A DNA stretch of 64,000 nucleotides, taken from the NCBI GenBank assembly GCA_022820925.1, contig JAJEEO010000012.1:416594-480593 (forward strand), in the 5' to 3' direction. The first letter of the stretch is position 1. Every line of letters begins with the position of its first letter. This stretch comes from Acidimicrobiia bacterium (GTDB taxonomy: Bacteria > Actinomycetota > Acidimicrobiia > Acidimicrobiales > Poriferisodalaceae). The notes beneath the pieces are model-generated. The model saw only the letters and a program-made list of their open reading frames with translations. It was not told the DNA's origin and did no database searches. The translations under genes and the position numbers were made by a program. Shown piece by piece: positions 28,902 to 39,955 of this stretch.

Positions 28902-29636
28902 CTAGAAGAGCTGATCCGGCTCGACCGGATCGATAAGGCTCGCGTCGCGATTGCGGACGTTGCCCACCTCACGGCCCACCTGGTGCGAGCGCAGAATCCC
29001 CTCCGCAGCAGGCAGGCACATGGCGGCGAGCTCGTCGACGTCGTCGTTGGCCGGGTCGAGCCACGCTTCCCACTGCGACCGTTCGAGCAGCACCGGCATG
29101 CGGTCGTGAATCGGCGCCATGAAGCCGTTCGCGGCAGTGGTCAGCACGGTCGCCGAGTGCAGCACATTCGGGGGCGCGCCGTCGTCAGCGTCGTCAGCAG
29201 TTTCCTCTGGCGGCGACCAGCGCTCCCACAGACCGGCCATGGCCAGCATTCCGCCATCGGCGCGGGTGATGTAGTGCGGCAGTGGCCGGGCATCTCGGGG
29301 TGTGCCCTTCGGGGCTCGGGGCCACTCGTAGAACCCGTCGGCGGGAACGAGGCAGCGGCGCCGCTTGAACGCACCACGGAATGAGTTCTTGGTTGCGGCG
29401 GTCTCGGAGCGGGCGTTGAACAGCGGCGGGCCCTTGGTGGGGTCCTTCGACCACGGCGGCACCAGGCCCCACCTGAACGTCTCGATCCGGCGGGCGCCGG
29501 CGTTGTCGGTGACCGCCACGATGTCGGTGGTGGGGGCCACGTTGTAGCTGCGGGGTGCGTCGAAACCGGGCAACGGCGTGTCGAAATACGCCGACACCGC
29601 ATCGAGATCAGCCGCCGACACAAAGCGCCCGCACAT
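28902..29636 (-). CDS. SOS response-associated peptidase (SRAP/YedK-like abasic-site processing protein)
   Basis: The N-terminal MCGRF carries the catalytic Cys2, followed by YNVAPT...FRWGLVPPWSKD...FNARSET. Confidence 0.9.
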   Translation of the reverse strand: MCGRFVSAADLDAVSAYFDTPLPGFDAPRSYNVAPTTDIVAVTDNAGARRIETFRWGLVPPWSKDPTKGPPLFNARSETAATKNSFRGAFKRRRCLVPADGFYEWPRAPKGTPRDARPLPHYITRADGGMLAMAGLWERWSPPEETADDADDGAPPNVLHSATVLTTAANGFMAPIHDRMPVLLERSQWEAWLDPANDDVDELAAMCLPAAEGILRSHQVGREVGNVRNRDASLIDPVEPDQLF

Positions 29637-29669
29637 GCGTGAGCTGCCTCGCCGTCCGCCGCCGACCCG

Positions 29670-31352
29670 CTACACGTAGGTGGAGCCCTTCATGGCTCCG
29701 CGGTCCTGGCGGATCTCGACGTTGACCAGCGCCGGCAGGCCCGAGTCGAACGCCCGTGCCAGCGCCGGCGCGATCTGGTCGGGCTCGGTCACGTGCTCGC
29801 CGTGGCCGCCCATGGCCTCGACCACCTTGTCGTAGCGGGTGTAGTTGAGCTCGGTGGCAACCACCCGGTCCTGGCCGTAGAGGCTGGCCTGGGGACGCAG
29901 CATCTGGCCCCACGCCGCATCGTTGCCCACGACTCCCACGATGGGCAGCCCGAATCGCACCGCGGTGTCGTACTCGAAGCCGTTGAGCCCGAACGAGCCG
30001 TCGCCGTAGACGATCAGGACTCGCTTGGACGGGTGTGCCTTCTGCGCCGCAAGAGCGAACGGCATGCCCACGCCGAGCGTTCCCAGCGGTCCCGGGTCCA
30101 TCCAGGTGCCGCGCCTGGGCACCCGGATCACCTTGGAGGCCTGCGCCACGATGTCGCCGCCGTCGCCGATCACGATCATGTCGTCGGTGACGGCGTCGGC
30201 GATCTCGCGGCACAGCCGCAGCGGGTCGATCGGCACCTCGTCGCTGTTCAGCTCGGCGCTGCGGGCCTCATCCAGCTCGGACTCGCGCGCCGCGAGCGCT
30301 GCGAGATGCGCCGATGAGTCCACCGTGACACCGCTCGACTTGAACACCTCCAGCAAGCCGTCGAAGTTCCTGCCCAGGTTGCCGACGAGGCTCACGTCGG
30401 CCGCCCGGTTCTGGCCGATGAGCGTCTCGTCGAGGTCGAGCTGCACGATGCGAGCGCCTGCGGGGATGGCGCGGCCGAACTTCATGCGGAAATCCAGCGG
30501 CGTGCCGGCCAGGATCACCACGTCGGCGGCTGCAAGCGCCTCGGACCGGGTCAACGACAGGAACGAGGGGTGATCCCAGTTGATCTCCCCGCGCGCCATG
30601 CCGTTCACGTAACACGGGATGGCCGTGGCATCGAGGAACGCGGCCAGCGCGCCGCCGCCCTCGCTCCACTTCAGCGACGTGCCGGCCATCACCACAGGTG
30701 TGCGGGCGCCGGCGATGATGTCTGCAGCCTGCGCAAGCACATCGGGCGATGCGGCCGAGGCGACCCGGTAGTCGCGGAACTGCGGCATCTGCACGGCGTC
30801 GAGGTCCACCTTGCCGTGCAGCACGTCCATCGGGATCTCCAGGAAGGACGGCCCGGGCACGCCGCTGAGTGCCGTCCGTACGGCCAGCTCGATGTACTCG
30901 GCAATGCGGCGGGTCTCCCCGCACGCACCTGACCACTTCGTGACCGGACGCATGAGCGACACGTGGTCCATCTCCTGCAGCGAGCCACGGCCCGCGTGCT
31001 TGAACGGCCCCTGGCCGCCGAAGACCAGGATCGGCGAGTTGGCTCGCCAGGCGTTCGCGACGCCGGTGACGCCGTCAGTCACGCCTGGGCCGGCGGTGAG
31101 GATGGCCACGCCCACCTTGCCCGGGTGCAGGCGGGCCCATGCATCGGCGGCGTGCGTCGCGGCTTGCTCGTGGCGGACGTCGACGACCTCGATGCCCTCA
31201 TCGAGGCAGCCGTCGTAGATGCCCATGACGTGCCCGCCCGACAGGGTGAACACGCACTCCACGCCCGCGGCCTTCAGCGCCTTCGCGGCGAGCTTGCCGC
31301 CGTGGGTCTCGGTGGCCGTCACGCCCAAGGCGCTCCGTTCCTTGCCGCTCAT
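29670..31352 (-). CDS. thiamine-diphosphate-dependent enzyme, acetolactate synthase large-subunit family
   Basis: The ATG at 31352 is preceded by GGGAGA. Contains VFTLSGGHVMGIYDG..., RHEQAATHAADAWAR, ILTAGPGVTDG and the TPP-binding block GDGSFGLNGFEYDTA. Confidence 0.88.
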   Translation of the reverse strand: MSGKERSALGVTATETHGGKLAAKALKAAGVECVFTLSGGHVMGIYDGCLDEGIEVVDVRHEQAATHAADAWARLHPGKVGVAILTAGPGVTDGVTGVANAWRANSPILVFGGQGPFKHAGRGSLQEMDHVSLMRPVTKWSGACGETRRIAEYIELAVRTALSGVPGPSFLEIPMDVLHGKVDLDAVQMPQFRDYRVASAASPDVLAQAADIIAGARTPVVMAGTSLKWSEGGGALAAFLDATAIPCYVNGMARGEINWDHPSFLSLTRSEALAAADVVILAGTPLDFRMKFGRAIPAGARIVQLDLDETLIGQNRAADVSLVGNLGRNFDGLLEVFKSSGVTVDSSAHLAALAARESELDEARSAELNSDEVPIDPLRLCREIADAVTDDMIVIGDGGDIVAQASKVIRVPRRGTWMDPGPLGTLGVGMPFALAAQKAHPSKRVLIVYGDGSFGLNGFEYDTAVRFGLPIVGVVGNDAAWGQMLRPQASLYGQDRVVATELNYTRYDKVVEAMGGHGEHVTEPDQIAPALARAFDSGLPALVNVEIRQDRGAMKGSTYV

Positions 31353-31363
31353 GTCGTTCTCCC

Positions 31364-31483
31364 GCTTACGCCAGCACGTGTCCAATGCTGCTGGCTTACA
31401 CCAGCACGTGTCTGATTCTGCTCGGCTAGGCGAGCACGTGCTTGATGCTGCTGGCTTACGCCAGCACGATGTTCACCAGCTTG
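31364..31483. repeat. tandem array of about 30-bp units: three degenerate copies of the leuS 3' end followed by the real leuS end
   Basis: Units on the + strand: 31364-31393 gcttacgccagcacgtgtccaatgctgctg; 31394-31424 gcttacaccagcacgtgtctgattctgctcg; 31425-31453 gctaggcgagcacgtgcttgatgctgctg; 31454-31483 gcttacgccagcacgatgttcaccagcttg. The last unit holds the true leuS stop TAA at 31456-31458. The three extra copies each contain CACGTG. Confidence 0.75.
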
Positions 31484-34341
31484 CCCGGCACGGTCACGAC
31501 GCGCTGGATGACTGCGTCGGCGGTGAGCTGGGCGATGCGCTCGTCGGCCTTGGCGGCGGCTTCGAGATCGGCTGGCGAGATGCCGGCGTCGACCGTGATC
31601 CGGCTGCGGACCTTGCCGTTCACCTGCACCGGCACCTCGATCACCTCGGCCGCCAGCAGCGCCGGATCTGCCCGTGGGAACGGCGCATAGACCACCGTGG
31701 TCGAGTTCCCCAGCTTCGACCACAGTTCCTCGGCCAGATGCGGCACCAGCGGCGCCAGCAGGCGCACCAGCACATCAGCCACAGAACGGGGCGTCGGACC
31801 GCCCCGGCGCGTCAGCTCGTTGTTCAGCTCGGTGATGCGTGCGATCGCCGAGTTGAACCGCAGGTCGGACATGGCGTCGGTGACTGCGGCGATGGTGCGG
31901 TGCACCATCCGCTCGAGGTCGGCATCGGGCTCGGCATCGGCGACCGTGAGCTCGCCGGTCTGCTCGTCGACCAAGCTGCGCCACACCCGCTGCAGCAGCC
32001 GGTGCGAGCCGATCACCGAATGCGTCTCCCAGGGACGGCCTTGATCCAGCGGACCCATGAACATCTCGTAGGTCCGCAGCGTGTCGGCCCCGTAGGCGCT
32101 GTAGATGTCGTCGGGCGTGACCGCGTTGCGCAGGGACTTGCCCATCTTGCCGAAGTGGCGGGTGACCTCGGCGTCGCCCAAGAAGAACTTGCCGCCGCGC
32201 TCGACCACCTCCGACGCCTCCACGTACACGCCCCGGCTGTCCTGGTACGCGGCCGCCTGGATGTAGCCCTGGTTGTACAGCCGGCCGAAGGGCTCGGGAC
32301 CGCTGACGTGACCGAGGTCGTACAGCACCTTGTGCCAGAAGCGGGCATACAGCAGGTGCAGCACCGCGTGCTCGACGCCGCCCACATAGAGGTCGACGCC
32401 CCCGACCCCGCCATCGGGATCTGCCATCCAGAACCGTTCCACCTCGGGATCCACGAGGGCGTCGTCGTTGGTCGGGTCGAGGTAGCGCAGGTAGTACCAG
32501 CACGATCCGGCCCACTGGGGCATTGTGCTCAGCTCACGGCGGTACGTGCGCTCGCCGTCGCCGAGGTCATAGGTGGCGGTGGCCCACTCGGTGGCACGAC
32601 CCAGTGGCGGCTCGGGTTCTGACGATTCGTCGAGCGCCCGTGGCGCCCAGTCGATCAGCTCGGGCAGCTCCACCGGCAGCTCGGCCTCGGGCACTGCCAG
32701 GGGAAGCCCCGTTTCGTCGAACACGATGGGGAACGGCTCGCCCCAGTAGCGCTGCCGGCTGAACAGCCAGTCCCGCAGCTTGTAGGTGACCGTGCGGCGG
32801 CCGCAGTCTCTCTCTTCCAGCCAGCCGCAGATGGCGTCGATGGCGTCGTCCTTCTCTAAGCCGTTCAGGAAATCGCTGTTGATGGCCGGCCCGGGACCGT
32901 CGTAGGCCTCGCCGTCGAAATCCGGCGGCGGCTGCACGGTGCGCATGATCGGCAGCCCGAACGCCTTCGAGAATTCCCAGTCGCGCTGGTCCTCGCCCGG
33001 CACCGACATGACGGCGCCGGTGCCGTAGTCGATGAGCACGTAATCGGCGACGAACACCGGCACTGTCTCGGTGGTGGTCGGTACGCAGCAGTTGACGCCC
33101 AGCCATACGCCGGTCTTGGAGCGCTCGGTCTGGCGCTGCAAGTCGGTCATCACCGCTGCCTGGGCGCGGTACTCGTCGAGTGCCTCGCGAGGCGTGGCGG
33201 CACCCCCGGTCCAGCGCGGATCGGTGCCGGGCGGCCACTCGTCGGCGACCAGCTCGTCGACGAGCGGGTGCTCGGGTGCCAGCAGCATGGCCGTCGTGCC
33301 GTAGATCGTGTCGGGGCGGGTGGTGAACACCTCGATGGCCGGGCCAGAGCTGTTCGCATTGGAGATGGCTGGTTCCGAGCTGCCCGGCTCGGCGTCGACC
33401 GCGAAGCTGATGTAGGCGCCCTCGCTGCGGCCGATCCAGTTGCGCTGCATGATCTTGACGCTCTCGAACCAGTCCACCCGGTCGAGGTCGGCCAGCAGCC
33501 GGTCGGCATACGACGTGATGCGCATCATCCACTGCTTCATCGGGCGGCGGAAGACCGGATGATTGCCCCGGTCGGACCGCCCCTCGTTGGTGACCTCCTC
33601 GTTGGCCAGCACCGTTCCCAGTGCCGGGCACCAGTTGACCGGCGCCTCGCCCAGGTAGGCCAAGCGGTGCTCGTCGAGCTCGATGCGCCGCTCGACATCG
33701 GTCATGTCGGCCCACGCAGCGCCGCTGGTGGTGGACTTCTGCCCGTTCTCGAACAGCTCGATCAGCTCGGCGATCGGGCGGGCCCGCTGCGCGTCGGCGT
33801 CGTACCAGGAGTTGAAGATCTGCAGGAAGATCCACTGCGTCCAGCGGTAGTACTCGACATCGGTGGTAGCCAGCGATCGCTGGTCGTCGTGCCCGAGCCC
33901 CAGCCGGGCCAGCTGGCGCGACATGTTGGCAATGTTCCGCTCGGTGTTGACGCGGGGGTGCTCGCCGGTCTGGCGGGCATGCTCCTCCGCAGGCAGGCCG
34001 AATGCGTCGTAGCCCATCGGGTGCAGCACCACGTAGCCGCACATGCGCTTGAAACGTGCATACACGTCGGTGCCGATGTAGCCCAGCGGGTGCCCCACAT
34101 GCAGGCCCGAACCCGAGGGGTACGGGAACATGTCCATGATGAAGAGCTTGTTCTTGTTGGTTGCCGGGGCTTCCAGCGAGCTGCTTGGATTGGGGGTGCG
34201 GTAGGTGCCTTCGGCCCTCCACCGCTCCTGCCAGCGCAGCTCGATCTCGTTCGCCATCTCGGCGTTGTAGCGATACGGAGGGAGTTCGCTCCCCTCAGCT
34301 GAGTGCGCGACTGCGACATCGGCCGATGAGGGGGGATTCAT
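31456..34341 (-). CDS. leuS: leucine--tRNA ligase
   Basis: 961-aa ORF. Contains FPYPSGSGLHVGHPLGY (HIGH-type motif), FGKMGKSLRNAV (KMSKS-type motif) and a CP1 editing-domain-sized insertion. Confidence 0.97.
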   Translation of the reverse strand: MNPPSSADVAVAHSAEGSELPPYRYNAEMANEIELRWQERWRAEGTYRTPNPSSSLEAPATNKNKLFIMDMFPYPSGSGLHVGHPLGYIGTDVYARFKRMCGYVVLHPMGYDAFGLPAEEHARQTGEHPRVNTERNIANMSRQLARLGLGHDDQRSLATTDVEYYRWTQWIFLQIFNSWYDADAQRARPIAELIELFENGQKSTTSGAAWADMTDVERRIELDEHRLAYLGEAPVNWCPALGTVLANEEVTNEGRSDRGNHPVFRRPMKQWMMRITSYADRLLADLDRVDWFESVKIMQRNWIGRSEGAYISFAVDAEPGSSEPAISNANSSGPAIEVFTTRPDTIYGTTAMLLAPEHPLVDELVADEWPPGTDPRWTGGAATPREALDEYRAQAAVMTDLQRQTERSKTGVWLGVNCCVPTTTETVPVFVADYVLIDYGTGAVMSVPGEDQRDWEFSKAFGLPIMRTVQPPPDFDGEAYDGPGPAINSDFLNGLEKDDAIDAICGWLEERDCGRRTVTYKLRDWLFSRQRYWGEPFPIVFDETGLPLAVPEAELPVELPELIDWAPRALDESSEPEPPLGRATEWATATYDLGDGERTYRRELSTMPQWAGSCWYYLRYLDPTNDDALVDPEVERFWMADPDGGVGGVDLYVGGVEHAVLHLLYARFWHKVLYDLGHVSGPEPFGRLYNQGYIQAAAYQDSRGVYVEASEVVERGGKFFLGDAEVTRHFGKMGKSLRNAVTPDDIYSAYGADTLRTYEMFMGPLDQGRPWETHSVIGSHRLLQRVWRSLVDEQTGELTVADAEPDADLERMVHRTIAAVTDAMSDLRFNSAIARITELNNELTRRGGPTPRSVADVLVRLLAPLVPHLAEELWSKLGNSTTVVYAPFPRADPALLAAEVIEVPVQVNGKVRSRITVDAGISPADLEAAAKADERIAQLTADAVIQRVVTVPGKLVNIVLA

Positions 34342-34425
34342 GCGGCAAAGGATGCCACGGTCACCAGCGAATCACTAAGAGAGAGCCACATTCCCGTCCG
34401 GAAGGCGACCGCTACCCTGCGGACC

Positions 34426-35973
34426 GTGGCCGAGACGCCTCCATCGCAGCACGACACCACGCTCGGCGATCCTGGCTTCGCCGATGTCTCCGAGAGCGAC
34501 TGGGAGGCCGCGGCCGAAGGCGCGCTGCGGGGCAAGCCGCTGTCGTCGCTCCGCACGACGCTGCTCGACGGCGTCGAGACAGCTCCGCTGTACACCGCGC
34601 ATCGCCACGGCACCGAGGCAGACCCTTCTGGGTTGCCCGGCGAGGCACCGTTCACCCGCGGCGCCGGCGCCGCGAGCGGCGCACAGGGTTGGGAGGTGCG
34701 CCAGATCCACGATGTGCGGCTCGCTGGCACGCCCGACGCCGTCGCCGCGGACACGACATCGGGCGTGGATGCCGTCACGGTGGCCCGGGGCTGGGACGCC
34801 GACGGCGACGCTGCCGCACTCGATGCCGCCATCGGCGATGCGGCCGGTGCCGGTGTGACGATCCACCTGCAGTCCGGCGCATCGCCCGCGCACGCCGCGG
34901 CACTGCTGGATGTCTTCGGCAATCATCATGTGGATCTCGCCGGCCTGAACTCCTGGCTCGGTCTCGACCCGGTCGCGGCGGCCGCCAGCGGTTGGCGCTC
35001 GGCCGATGCCGGCGACAGCGCCACGCTCGTCTCCTCCATGTGCAGTGCAGCGCGCAGCGCCACCGACATCGCACAGCGCTCGCCTGGGGCCGTGCCGCTG
35101 GAGGCTGACGGGTCGGTCTTCGCCGATGCCGGCGCCAGCGACGCCACCGAGCTGGCGGCGATGCTCGCGACCGGGGTGGCGTGGCTGCGGGCGATCTGCG
35201 ACCACGCCGACGGACCGGGGCTCGACCCGGCTGCGGCTGCCGGCCTGCTGGGTTTCACGCTGTCCGCAGGGCCCGACGCCTTTCTGGTCACCGCCAAGTG
35301 CCGGGCGCTGCGGATGTGCTGGACCCGGGTGCTGGGCGCCTGCGGGGTCGACCTTGCCGGCGGCGAGGGGCCGCCGATGCGGCTCCACGCCGTCACCGCT
35401 ACGGCCATGCTGAGCGCTGTCGACCCGTGGGTGAACATGCTGCGCGCCACCACGGCCACGTTCGGCGCCGCAAACGGCGGCGTCGACGCCATCACCGTCC
35501 GCCCCTTTGACGCCGTCAGCGCCGGGGCGCCGTCCAGCGGCCTGGGGTGGCGCGTCGCCGCCAACACGCAGCTGATCCTTCGGCATGAGAGCCGCGTCGG
35601 ATCGGTCATCGATCCCGGCGGGGGAAGCTGGTACCTCGAAGACCTGACGAACAAGCTGGCGCACGCAGCCTGGGATCACTTCAGGGAGATCGACGCCGCC
35701 GGCGGAATATGCGCGGCAATGGCCGGCGGCGGTCTGGAGGCATCGATCGCCGCCGAACGGGAGCTGCGCGACGAGCAGATTGCCGCCGGCGAGCACGTGC
35801 TCGTCGGAGTCACCGACTTCGTCGACTCGCAGGCTGAGCAGGCGTCGGGGGCGAACGTTGCCGTCGGCGAGCCAGCCAGCATGCGTGCGGGCGGGCTGGG
35901 CGTGCACCGCTGGGCAGCGCCGTACGAGACTGGGCCGGCGGACGAGGCTGTGACGGGAGAGGCAGGGTCATGA
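34426..35973 (+). CDS. mutA: methylmalonyl-CoA mutase small (beta) subunit
   Basis: 515-aa ORF. The stop overlaps the mutB start (ATGA). The mutase-like N-terminus reads [33 protein letters not shown]. No B12-binding DxHxxG was recognised on inspection. Confidence 0.85.
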   Translation: MAETPPSQHDTTLGDPGFADVSESDWEAAAEGALRGKPLSSLRTTLLDGVETAPLYTAHRHGTEADPSGLPGEAPFTRGAGAASGAQGWEVRQIHDVRLAGTPDAVAADTTSGVDAVTVARGWDADGDAAALDAAIGDAAGAGVTIHLQSGASPAHAAALLDVFGNHHVDLAGLNSWLGLDPVAAAASGWRSADAGDSATLVSSMCSAARSATDIAQRSPGAVPLEADGSVFADAGASDATELAAMLATGVAWLRAICDHADGPGLDPAAAAGLLGFTLSAGPDAFLVTAKCRALRMCWTRVLGACGVDLAGGEGPPMRLHAVTATAMLSAVDPWVNMLRATTATFGAANGGVDAITVRPFDAVSAGAPSSGLGWRVAANTQLILRHESRVGSVIDPGGGSWYLEDLTNKLAHAAWDHFREIDAAGGICAAMAGGGLEASIAAERELRDEQIAAGEHVLVGVTDFVDSQAEQASGANVAVGEPASMRAGGLGVHRWAAPYETGPADEAVTGEAGS

Positions 35974-38276
35974 GCGTCATCGGCGACTTCTCGGACGTCC
36001 AGCTTGACGACAGCGGGCCGGCCCAGGCGCGCTCGAACGGTGCGAGCCGCCCTGGATCATCGACGCCGTCCGAATCATCGGCACGAGCAGCGTGGGCGGA
36101 GCGATTCGCCTCCGAAACCGGCTGCGCCCCCGCTCCCAGCACCACGCCCGAAGGCATCGACATCGCGCCGCTGTACGTGGCCGCGGACGTCGCCGACCTG
36201 TACGACAGCGGCCCCGACGCCGGCGGGAAAAGCCCCGCAGGGCGCACGTACCTCGACGGCTACCCCGGCTTCGCCCCGTACCTGCGAGGCCCGTACCCCA
36301 CGATGTACACGAACCAGCCGTGGACGATCCGCCAGTACGCCGGCTTCTCCACCGCCGAGGACTCCAACGCCTTCTACCGGCGCAATCTGGCCGCGGGGCA
36401 GCGCGGCCTGTCGGTCGCCTTCGACCTCGCAACCCACCGGGGCTACGACTCGGACCACCCCAGGGTGAGCTCAGACGTGGGCATGGCAGGTGTGGCCATC
36501 GACTCGATCCTCGATATGCGCACGCTGTTCGACGGGATCCCGCTCGATGCCATGAGCGTGTCGATGACCATGAACGGCGCGGTGCTGCCGATCCTGGCGC
36601 TGTATGTCGTAGCGGCCGAGGAGCAGGGCGTCGCTCCCGCCCAGCTGACCGGGACCATCCAGAACGACATCCTCAAGGAGTTCATGGTCCGCAACACCTA
36701 CATCTACCCGCCCCAGCCCTCCATGCGGATCATCAGCGACATCTTCGAGTTCACCTCCGCCGAAATGCCCCGCTACAACTCAATCTCGATCTCCGGCTAC
36801 CACATGCAGGAAGCCGGGGCGACCGCCGACCTCGAGCTGGGCTACACGCTGGCCGACGGCCTCGAGTACCTGCGATGCGGCATCGGCGCCGGCATGGGCA
36901 TCGACGACTTCGCGCCCCGACTGAGTTTCTTTTGGGGCATAGGGATGGACTTCTTCATGGAGGTGGCGAAGCTGCGGGCCGCCCGGCTGCTGTGGGCCAA
37001 GCTGGTCGCTTCCTTCGAGCCCGAGAATCCGCGGTCGCTGTCGCTGCGGACTCACTGCCAGACCTCGGGCTGGTCGCTCACCGCCCAGGATCCGTACAAC
37101 AACGTGGTGCGGACCTGCATCGAGGCGATGGCCGCCGTCGACGGCCACACCCAGAGCCTGCACACCAATGCCTTCGACGAGGCGTTGGCGTTGCCGAGCG
37201 ACTTCAGCGCCCGCATCGCCCGCAACACGCAGCTGTTCCTGCAGCACGAAGCCGGCGCCACCCGCGTGATCGATCCCTGGGGCGGCAGCTACTACGTGGA
37301 GCGGCTCACCGCTGAGCTGGCAAAGCGGGCGTCCGCCCACATCGACGAGGTCGAGCAGCTCGGCGGCATGGCCCGCGCCATCGAGGCCGGCATTCCCAAG
37401 ATGCGCATCGAGGAAGCCGCTGCGCGCACTCAGGCCCGCATCGAGGCAGGTCAGCGCACGGTCGTCGGCGTGAACCGCTACAGGTCCGAGCTGGCCAATG
37501 AGATCGACATCCTGCGCGTCGACAACGCTGAGGTGCGGGCCGCCCAGCTAGCGAAGCTGGACCGCCTGCGCACCGAGCGAGACGCCGATGCGGTTCGCCG
37601 CTCGCTGGACGCCCTGCGCGAGGTGGCGCGCAGCGGAGAGGGCAACCTGCTGGCCGCATCCGTCGACGCGGCGCGCTGCCATGCCACCGTGGGAGAGATC
37701 AGCGCGGCGATGGAGGACGCCTTCGGGCGGCACACTGCCCAGATACGCACGATCAGCGGCGTGTACGGGAGCGAGATGGCTGGCGACAGTTCGGGCGACG
37801 CAGTTGACGGCGGCAGCCGTCCGATGGCGGCCGCCGTCGATGCCGTGCGCAGCCGGATCGCAGCCTTCGGCCGCGAGACCGGGCGGCGACCGCGCATCCT
37901 CATCGCAAAGATGGGCCAGGACGGTCACGACCGCGGCCAGAAGGTGGTGGCAACGGCCTACGCCGACCTCGGGTTCGATGTCGACATCGGTCCGCTGTTC
38001 AGCACACCGACCGAGACAGCTCGCCAAGCCGTCGAGAACGACGTGCATGTCGTGGGTGCCTCGTCGCTGGCGGCAGGGCACCTGACGCTGGTGCCCGAAC
38101 TGCGGGACGCTCTGGCGGAGCTCGGTCGGCCCGACATCCTGATCGTCGTCGGGGGCGTCATCCCGACGCAGGATTTCGACGCCTTGCGCGCCGCCGGCGC
38201 CGCTGCGATCTACCCGCCCGGAACGGTCATCGCCGAAGCCGCTGCCGAGATGCTGGACCTGCTCGAGTCCGGCTGA
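35970..38276 (+). CDS. mutB: methylmalonyl-CoA mutase large (alpha) subunit, B12-dependent
   Basis: Contains [59 protein letters not shown]. The C-terminal cobalamin domain reads [15 protein letters not shown]. Confidence 0.95.
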   Translation: MSVIGDFSDVQLDDSGPAQARSNGASRPGSSTPSESSARAAWAERFASETGCAPAPSTTPEGIDIAPLYVAADVADLYDSGPDAGGKSPAGRTYLDGYPGFAPYLRGPYPTMYTNQPWTIRQYAGFSTAEDSNAFYRRNLAAGQRGLSVAFDLATHRGYDSDHPRVSSDVGMAGVAIDSILDMRTLFDGIPLDAMSVSMTMNGAVLPILALYVVAAEEQGVAPAQLTGTIQNDILKEFMVRNTYIYPPQPSMRIISDIFEFTSAEMPRYNSISISGYHMQEAGATADLELGYTLADGLEYLRCGIGAGMGIDDFAPRLSFFWGIGMDFFMEVAKLRAARLLWAKLVASFEPENPRSLSLRTHCQTSGWSLTAQDPYNNVVRTCIEAMAAVDGHTQSLHTNAFDEALALPSDFSARIARNTQLFLQHEAGATRVIDPWGGSYYVERLTAELAKRASAHIDEVEQLGGMARAIEAGIPKMRIEEAAARTQARIEAGQRTVVGVNRYRSELANEIDILRVDNAEVRAAQLAKLDRLRTERDADAVRRSLDALREVARSGEGNLLAASVDAARCHATVGEISAAMEDAFGRHTAQIRTISGVYGSEMAGDSSGDAVDGGSRPMAAAVDAVRSRIAAFGRETGRRPRILIAKMGQDGHDRGQKVVATAYADLGFDVDIGPLFSTPTETARQAVENDVHVVGASSLAAGHLTLVPELRDALAELGRPDILIVVGGVIPTQDFDALRAAGAAAIYPPGTVIAEAAAEMLDLLESG

Positions 38277-38332
38277 TCACCCCGGCTGGCACATTGGCCA
38301 CTTCGCCCGGCCAATCAACTCAGCCGGGCGGC

Positions 38333-38893
38333 TCAGCGGTGGCGGCCGCCGACGTTGCGGATCTTCTTCTTTGCGCGCGCGCCCCGGTAAGCCGCGCTTG
38401 AGGCTGCGCGCATGCCGCGCGGAGCGGCGGCGAGCCGCTGGTCGGCTTCGTCGAGATGGCGGTGGTAACGGCGGTGCACCCACAGCCTCTCGCTGCCCAC
38501 CTCGATCTGACCCCACGCGGAGCCCTGCACATTGAAGGGTTGGAAGCGCTCGACGCGGTCCAGTCGCTCGACGGGCTTGGCCGGCCGCAGCGCCCTCGTG
38601 CGCATCACCACGATGTCGGAATCGGTGAAGCCCAGCAGCCGGTAGCGGGACATGCTCAGCACGGCGACGGTCGCGAACACCGTCGTGGAGATGAGGCTGA
38701 TCTGCAGCCACGGGAGATTGACCGTGAGCACGATGCCCACCAGCGCCCCAACGCCGATGACGAGCAGGGTGAACGGGTGCATCCCTCCCTGCGCGGGCAC
38801 GAGCGCATGCAGGTGGTCGCCCTGATTCAAGAACTGCTCCGCGGGGTGGGAACGGTCCCCTGTGCGCATCCGTTTCAGCAAGCCCACCCGCAC
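38333..38893 (-). CDS. hypothetical membrane protein
   Basis: 186-aa ORF with a hydrophobic stretch, PFTLLVIGVGALVGIVLTVNLPWLQISLISTTVFATVAVL, and a basic C-terminus. The start is uncertain. It lies on the opposite strand between mutB and meaB. Confidence 0.5.
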   Translation of the reverse strand: MRVGLLKRMRTGDRSHPAEQFLNQGDHLHALVPAQGGMHPFTLLVIGVGALVGIVLTVNLPWLQISLISTTVFATVAVLSMSRYRLLGFTDSDIVVMRTRALRPAKPVERLDRVERFQPFNVQGSAWGQIEVGSERLWVHRRYHRHLDEADQRLAAAPRGMRAASSAAYRGARAKKKIRNVGGRHR

Positions 38894-38949
38894 ATTGTGC
38901 CCGAACTGCGGGCCTCCCCAGACAGGCCGTCGCCGCGGCTCGGGGTACC

Positions 38950-39945
38950 TTGCTTGGCGTGGCCCCCGCAGATGTCGCTGAACTTGCCGCTGGTGTGCGC
39001 GCCTGCGACCGCGCCGCCATCGGACGGGCCATCACGCTCGTCGAGTCCCGGCTGGCTGACGATGCCGAGCCGGCCCAGGAACTGCTTGCCGAGTTGCTGG
39101 GCGACACCGGCGGTGCGCAGCGGGTGGGCATCACCGGCGTTCCCGGCGTGGGCAAGAGCACACTCATCGAGACGCTCGGCACGATGCTCACCGGGCAGGG
39201 TCATCGTGTCGCCGTGCTGGCGGTCGACCCGACGTCAGCGCTGCACGGCGGCTCCATCCTGGGCGACAAGACCCGGATGACCGCGCTGGCCAATGACGCC
39301 GCAGCGTTCGTACGCCCATCGCCGACGTCGGGCCAGCTCGGCGGGGTGACGCGGGTGACCCGCGAGACGATCCTGGTGCTGGAAGCCGCCGGGTTCGACG
39401 TCGTGCTGGTGGAAACCGTGGGCGTCGGCCAGTCTGAGACTGCCGTAGCCGACATGGTGGATTTCTTCGCGGTTCTGATGCTGCCGGGCGCCGGCGACGA
39501 CCTGCAAGGCATCAAGAAGGGCATCCTCGAGATCGCTGACTTGATCGCTGTCAACAAGGCCGACGGGGACAACGTCGAGCGAGCCGGCAACGCGGCACGC
39601 GACTACCAGCTCGCGCTGCACATGACCCAGCCGGCCTCGCCGACGTGGACTCCCCCGGTGATCACCTGCTCGGGCCTGACCGCCGACGGCCTCGAGGCGC
39701 TGTGGGGCCACGTCACAGAGCACCGCCGGCTCATGACGGCATCGGGCGAGCTCGCAGCCCGCCGGGCGGATCAGCGGGTGCGCTGGATGCGCTCGATGCT
39801 CACCGAGCGCATGCGCGCATGTCTCGCAACGCGTGCCCAAGACCTGCTCGCCGAACTCGAAGACGAGGTGCGATCCGACCGGCTGACACCCACCGCCGCA
39901 GTCGACCGCCTGATGACAGCCTTCGACGCGTCAACAGCCAACTAG
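38950..39945 (+). CDS. meaB: methylmalonyl-CoA mutase-associated GTPase (MeaB/ArgK)
   Basis: Contains GVPGVGKSTLIETLG (P-loop), VETVGVGQSE and NKAD. The start is TTG 38950 or GTG 38959. Confidence 0.92.
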   Translation: MLGVAPADVAELAAGVRACDRAAIGRAITLVESRLADDAEPAQELLAELLGDTGGAQRVGITGVPGVGKSTLIETLGTMLTGQGHRVAVLAVDPTSALHGGSILGDKTRMTALANDAAAFVRPSPTSGQLGGVTRVTRETILVLEAAGFDVVLVETVGVGQSETAVADMVDFFAVLMLPGAGDDLQGIKKGILEIADLIAVNKADGDNVERAGNAARDYQLALHMTQPASPTWTPPVITCSGLTADGLEALWGHVTEHRRLMTASGELAARRADQRVRWMRSMLTERMRACLATRAQDLLAELEDEVRSDRLTPTAAVDRLMTAFDASTAN

Positions 39946-39955
39946 TTCAGAACGC

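Noticed and set aside
31364-31483. CRISPR array
   Set aside because: The units are directly abutting with no spacers, there are only 3-4 copies, and they are clearly derived from the leuS 3' end.
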